Source: an uncultured Nitrospina sp. (lineage in GTDB: Bacteria > Nitrospinota > Nitrospinia > Nitrospinales > VA-1). From it: a stretch of 37,402 bases of DNA. Below, piece by piece: positions 36,475 through 37,402 of the stretch. Position 1 is the first letter of the stretch. Each line of letters opens with the position of its first letter. A program made the translations under genes and the position numbers. Location of the stretch: assembly GCA_964510355.1 (NCBI GenBank), contig CAZEBI010000003.1:1-37402 (forward strand), given 5' to 3'. Below the pieces are notes generated by a model that was given only the letters and a program-made list of their open reading frames with translations, was not told where the DNA came from and did no database searches.

Positions 36475-36624
36475 ATCCGGGTCTCAAAAAATTGTCCTGA
36501 TCGTAAAAGCACAGGATGACTTTTACATGAAGGTAGGATAAATCCTATACGGTGTCAAGTTTAAAGCCATGACTTTGTCTGACAGTGAGTTCTGATTAAA
36601 AGTTTGCCCAACCAGGAGTTGTTT

Positions 36625-37401
36625 TTAAGGGATAGGTTCTTCCACTTGCTTTAACAGTGCCTGCAAAACCCGGAGTTGTTCAGCGCTGGGGTTGAGCGTG
36701 AGCCCAGCTTGCAGATGAGTCTTGGCTTTCTCTGGATCGTTTTTGAATTCCAACAACAGTTTTGCCAGGTTGAACCGGGCTGACAGGAGTTTTGGGTTTT
36801 GCTGAACCGATTTTTCAAATTGGATGAGAGCTTCTGCAAACTTTTCCGATTGTATCAATTCGATTCCGGCCTGATTATGGGCCCGAGCCTTGTCAAAAGA
36901 AAGTTGTCGGGGTGGATATTGGCCTGTGCTTTTGTAAAGCACTGAGGCGCGCTCAAATTCTGCGCTTGCCGGGACGAATTGCCCTAGATTTGCATACAGG
37001 CTGGCGAGATTGAAATGGGAACTGGGGTCTGTCGGTTCAATGCGTATCGCTTCTTTAAAATGGTTTTCGGCTCGCGCAAAGTTTTTGAGATTTTTGTAGG
37101 CGATACCGAGGTTCTGATGCACGTCATAGAGATTAGGGTTGATCTGCAATAATGCCTGTAGCGGTGCCACCGCATGGGCATAATTGCCTTCCATTAAATA
37201 ATGGATGCTCAGGGTTTTCCCGACGCTTAATTTGTTGGGAGATTTTTTGAAGGTGTCGGCCCAGAGGGTTGCAGGCGATAGATAAACCTGATTTCTCTTG
37301 ACGACCATAACCGCGGCAAATATTAATAACAGGAGAATTCCCGCCATCAGGCCACGTTTTTTTATCAGGCTCTTGTTGTCGTTGTTATTGAAAACTACAA
37401 G
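36625..37401 (-). CDS. TPR-repeat protein with a TM segment; the frame stays open to the window edge, so it may be 5'-partial
   Basis: Repeated A..YA.A...L...L.L.P TPR units. The frame upstream of the ATG at 37347 has no stop through 37401. Confidence 0.7.
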   Translation of the reverse strand, partial: LVVFNNNDNKSLIKKRGLMAGILLLLIFAAVMVVKRNQVYLSPATLWADTFKKSPNKLSVGKTLSIHYLMEGNYAHAVAPLQALLQINPNLYDVHQNLGIAYKNLKNFARAENHFKEAIRIEPTDPSSHFNLASLYANLGQFVPASAEFERASVLYKSTGQYPPRQLSFDKARAHNQAGIELIQSEKFAEALIQFEKSVQQNPKLLSARFNLAKLLLEFKNDPEKAKTHLQAGLTLNPSAEQLRVLQALLKQVEEPIP

Positions 37402-37402
37402 A

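Overview
This is 37.4 kb of densely coding bacterial chromosome with about 40 genes, most of them housekeeping. All family names come from motif recognition in the supplied translations; no database search was possible, and the taxon cannot be set from this window.

Gene order:
- a partial type-E succinate/fumarate oxidoreductase (Fe-S subunit plus CCG-domain subunit)
- a REP/RAYT transposase cluster
- a small regulator cassette (response regulator and XRE regulator)
- DASS transporter, PAS histidine kinase, dnaE, M16 peptidase, EB_dh-type haem protein, arylamine N-acetyltransferase, ilvD and a B12/radical-SAM enzyme
- a long minus-strand run xerC-hslV-hslU-argB-hrcA-grpE-mutM
- a poorly characterised block at 29.3-34.3 kb
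- comM/yifB, a CBS protein and a TPR protein that runs off the window

I found no rRNA, tRNA or CRISPR.

Most notable observations:
1. At 1.9-4.3 kb, an IS200-like Y1 (RAYT-type) transposase is fused to a DnaA-domain-IV-like HTH. It is bracketed by inverted, 13-bp-periodic arrays of AGGGGTCAAG. A perfect ~745-bp tandem partial duplication adds a second, HTH-less copy.
2. hslU is interrupted by a single in-frame TAG at the conserved Glu of the TEVGYVG motif.
3. Two dispersed intergenic repeat families are present: a TIR-bounded element built from C5/G5 hairpins, and a 60-nt element ending in CCAGCGTCACGCTGG.
4. A 31-bp direct repeat duplicates the 5' end of the DASS gene and brackets the regulator cassette.
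5. Two ORFs fall below the 60-aa cutoff of the track: a 42-aa Cys-rich peptide with a strong SD, and a 55-aa two-TM protein.
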